A stretch of DNA of 64,000 bases, from the NCBI GenBank assembly GCA_041690135.1, contig JAWLHY010000004.1:64001-128000 (forward strand). Reading direction: 5' to 3'. The notes under the pieces were generated by a model, which ran no database searches, was not told the DNA's origin, and saw only the letters and a list, made by a program, of their open reading frames with translations. Of the stretch, positions 61,135-64,000 are shown piece after piece (the first letter of the stretch is position 1; the number at the start of each line of letters is the position of its first letter). A program made the translations under genes and the position numbers. Origin of the DNA: Armatimonadota bacterium. GTDB lineage: Bacteria; Armatimonadota; SYMT01.

Positions 61135-61166
61135 TCAGGTCTCTGTGCTCCGAAACTGCGGCTGGC

Positions 61167-62213
61167 GTGAAATCAATGAGGATGGGAATGTCTAGCAGAA
61201 CAAGACAAATGTTGGTCCGGACGGCCGCACTTTCGGCGGGTCTTATCGCCTGTACACTTGCAAGCCACGGCCAGGCGGCGCCGCGCGCGCAAAAGGGCGA
61301 CCTGACCCTTTCCGTACTGACGCGAGAGGGGCAACGGCTGGAAGGCCGTACCCGCCCCTCACAGCTCTCCTTCCTGGTTGATGGGAAAGAAAAGACCCTG
61401 AAGCTGCGAGACGTGCTCTCCCTTCATCTCGCGGATGCCGCCTCATCCTTTGAAACGGAGGCCATCCGCGCCGGCCTGACGGCGGTGGCGGGAACGGACC
61501 GGAAGGCACGCGACCTGGCCGTGGAACGCCTGACCGACATCGGCCTGCCGGTGTTGAGCCCGCTCCTGGCCACCTACAAGGATATCGACGCCCGCGAGCC
61601 CAAGCCGCTCTACCGCCTCTTCTCGCGGATCATTCCCGCGGCGGCGGATGGCTTCGACCGCAATCTCGACCTGGTTCGCCTGACGGACGGAAGCAGCCTT
61701 CGGGGCGACGTGCGAAGCGCCGCACTCACCTTGACCGGTGCGGACGGCAAGGAGGTGAAGCTGGACCTCGGGCAGGTGCGTCGGGTCGCGGTGCGACAGC
61801 CGGCGATCGAGCGATCGTTCGACATCCACACGCTCTATCACTGCTCGCAGATCGAGTACCTGGATGCCGGAGTGGGGGTCTCGCCTTCCTCCCGGCTGAC
61901 CTCCGATGCTCACGGCTTCGCGCGCCTGGCATTCGACGGCGACGGCTGGGCCTGCGATCCGGATGGTCTCAAGAAGCCGGGGCCTAACTACAAGTCGAAC
62001 CTGTTCGACGGTTTCCCGTTTGGGGCCCTGGTCGCGCGGGTAGGTGCGGGTGGGTCGCGCTGGTTCGCGGGCAAGCACGCCGAAAAGACCAACCTGGGTA
62101 CCGGTCGCCTTTACTTTGCGGTCAACGATAACCCGCACTGGCAGAATAACCTCGGCAGCTACCGCATCCGCCTCCGCGTGACGGACGCCTACGACCTGGG
62201 AGACCCGCAATAG
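61167..62213 (+). CDS. Secreted hypothetical protein with C-terminal PA-IL/LecA-like jelly-roll domain
   Basis: Signal peptide (start may be a later ATG); GALVARVG..GRLYFAVND..NNLGSYRIRL. Confidence 0.7.
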   Translation: MKSMRMGMSSRTRQMLVRTAALSAGLIACTLASHGQAAPRAQKGDLTLSVLTREGQRLEGRTRPSQLSFLVDGKEKTLKLRDVLSLHLADAASSFETEAIRAGLTAVAGTDRKARDLAVERLTDIGLPVLSPLLATYKDIDAREPKPLYRLFSRIIPAAADGFDRNLDLVRLTDGSSLRGDVRSAALTLTGADGKEVKLDLGQVRRVAVRQPAIERSFDIHTLYHCSQIEYLDAGVGVSPSSRLTSDAHGFARLAFDGDGWACDPDGLKKPGPNYKSNLFDGFPFGALVARVGAGGSRWFAGKHAEKTNLGTGRLYFAVNDNPHWQNNLGSYRIRLRVTDAYDLGDPQ

Positions 62214-62228
62214 GATCGAGGACCGCCG

Positions 62229-64000
62229 ATGCCTTCACGCACCTTCACTCGCTGCACCCTGGCTACCTCCGCGGCCCTGGCCCTGGTGAGCCCCGCCTTC
62301 CTGCAAACCACCGGCAGGGCGGCGCCGGCCCAGGCCTCCCGGAAGGAACGCCGGCCCGTTGAGGTCAGGAAGGAGAAGGCATCGCCCCCCGTCGATGTAG
62401 CGTTCTTCGAGCGGGAGGTGCGCCCCATCCTGGAGAAGAGCTGCCTCGGCTGTCACGGGGTCGGCTCCCAGTTGGGCGGTCTCGATCTGCGTTCCCGGGA
62501 GTCAGCTCTCAAGGGCGGCGTGCGCGGGGCGGCCTTCGCTCCCGGTAAGGCCGACCAGAGCCTGCTCTACCACTTCATCACGGGCCGCCGCACCCCGGTC
62601 ATGCCCCCGACCGGCAAACTGCCCCCCGCACAGATCGAAGTGCTCCGCCGCTGGCTCGATGGCGGCGCCCCCTGGCCGTCGGGCCGCATCGAGGACGCGC
62701 AGAAGCAGGTCTGGTGGTCCTTCAAGCCGCCGGCTCGCCCCCCGGTCCCGCAGCTGAAGCACGCGGAGTGGGTGCGGAACCCGATCGACGCCTTCGTGCT
62801 CCGGAAGCTCCGCGCCGAGGGACTGCGCCCCTCCCCACCCGCGACCCGCCGGGAGTTGATCCGCCGGGCCTATCTCGACCTCATCGGTCTGCCGCCCACG
62901 CCGGAGAAGATCGCCGCCTTCGAAAAGGACCCGGACCCGCGGGCCTGGGAGAAAGTGGTGGACCACCTCCTCGCGTCGCCGCACTACGGCGAGCGGTGGG
63001 GGCGCCATTGGCTGGACCTGGTCCGCTATGCCGATAGCTCTGGGTTCGAGGGGGACAAGGACCGCCCCAATGCATGGCGCTACCGCGATTATGTGATCCG
63101 GGCCTTCAACCAGGACAGGCCCTACGATCAGTTCATCCGCGAGCAGATTGCCGGCGACGAGATCCGCCCCGGAGATACGGAAGCCTTGATCGCCACGGGC
63201 TACCTGGCCTGCGGGGTCGAAGACTTTGCGATGGTGAAGCTCCCGCAGACCCGCGCCGACGAGCTGGACGACCTGGTCTCCACCACCGGCTCGGCATTCC
63301 TGGGACTCACCGTTGGCTGCGCCCGCTGCCACGATCACAAGTACGATCCGGTCACCCAGAAGGACTACTACCGCCTGCAGGCGCTGTTCGCCCCGACCGA
63401 GCGGAAAGAGGTCGACATCCCCACTCCCGAGGAGCGCCGGGCCGCCGACGAGCGCAACCGCGAGATCGACCGCGAGCTGGCCCCCCACCGCGAACGCCTC
63501 GAGGCCCTTCGGGTCAAGGGCACCCAGGCGGCCATACAGGGCGGGAACGCCAAGCCGAACGACGAGCAGATCGCCGCGGCGCTCCCCGAAGCGGAGCGGA
63601 AGACCTGGAACGAGCTGCAGGCCACCATCAAAGGCATCGAGGCCAAACGCCCCGTCCTCCCCAAAGCGCTGATCGTCACCGACAAGGCACCCAAGTGGGA
63701 GCCGGTGCACCTCCACATCCGCGGCGACGCCAACCACAAAGGCGAGGTGGTGCCGCCCGGGTTCATCGTCTCCCTTCCCGGAGGCGCCCAGGTCGTCACC
63801 GCCGAAGCGGCCACCCCCGCCACCACCGGTCGCCGCCGCGCCCTCGCCGATTGGCTGGCCAGCCGCGAGAACCCCCTCACCGCGCGCGTGTGGGTCAACC
63901 GCGTCTGGCGCCAGCACTTCGGCCGAGGCCTGGTCAACACCCCCAGCAACTTCGGCGTAAACGGGGAACTCCCCAGCCACCCGGAGCTTCTGGACTACCT
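62229..64000 (+). CDS. Planctomycete cytochrome c + DUF1549/DUF1553 (PSD1) protein, 3'-truncated by window edge
   Basis: Not in the ORF track (no stop). FFEREVRPILEKSCLGCHG, NPIDAFV, HYGERWGRHWLDLVRYADS, GCARCHDHKYDP, NPLTARVWVNRVW. Confidence 0.93.
   Translation, partial: MPSRTFTRCTLATSAALALVSPAFLQTTGRAAPAQASRKERRPVEVRKEKASPPVDVAFFEREVRPILEKSCLGCHGVGSQLGGLDLRSRESALKGGVRGAAFAPGKADQSLLYHFITGRRTPVMPPTGKLPPAQIEVLRRWLDGGAPWPSGRIEDAQKQVWWSFKPPARPPVPQLKHAEWVRNPIDAFVLRKLRAEGLRPSPPATRRELIRRAYLDLIGLPPTPEKIAAFEKDPDPRAWEKVVDHLLASPHYGERWGRHWLDLVRYADSSGFEGDKDRPNAWRYRDYVIRAFNQDRPYDQFIREQIAGDEIRPGDTEALIATGYLACGVEDFAMVKLPQTRADELDDLVSTTGSAFLGLTVGCARCHDHKYDPVTQKDYYRLQALFAPTERKEVDIPTPEERRAADERNREIDRELAPHRERLEALRVKGTQAAIQGGNAKPNDEQIAAALPEAERKTWNELQATIKGIEAKRPVLPKALIVTDKAPKWEPVHLHIRGDANHKGEVVPPGFIVSLPGGAQVVTAEAATPATTGRRRALADWLASRENPLTARVWVNRVWRQHFGRGLVNTPSNFGVNGELPSHPELLDY

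Overview
High-GC bacterial chromosomal window, probably Armatimonadota. This is an inference from the [13 protein letters not shown]-type DUF1559 prepilin, a PEP-CTERM protein and a PSD1/cytochrome-c protein. It holds about 50 genes. Housekeeping and metabolic genes include hisD, ispE, gnd, iscS-type desulfurase, ndk, hemL, a garR-like dehydrogenase and the D-apiose oxidation pair apnL-apsD. There are many signalling genes and large secreted proteins. No rRNA, tRNA or CRISPR array was recognised. The best candidate for an undescribed system is a gene pair at 23.4-29.8 kb: a SARP/BTAD regulator fused to an AAA_35-type ATPase, followed by an AAA_35-TM-WD40-TPR receptor-like protein. It lies divergent from a lower-GC PEP-CTERM + patatin block that ends at a frameshifted ISAs1 remnant. 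Other leads: a ~320-nt nested inverted-repeat region (candidate minus-strand ncRNA, 54.46-54.78 kb), a two-copy composite REP-like repeat, a MITE-like element, a probable pseudo-histidine kinase, a cohesin-dockerin subtilase and a collapsed pilin cluster. All family calls were made by eye from motifs; no searches were run.
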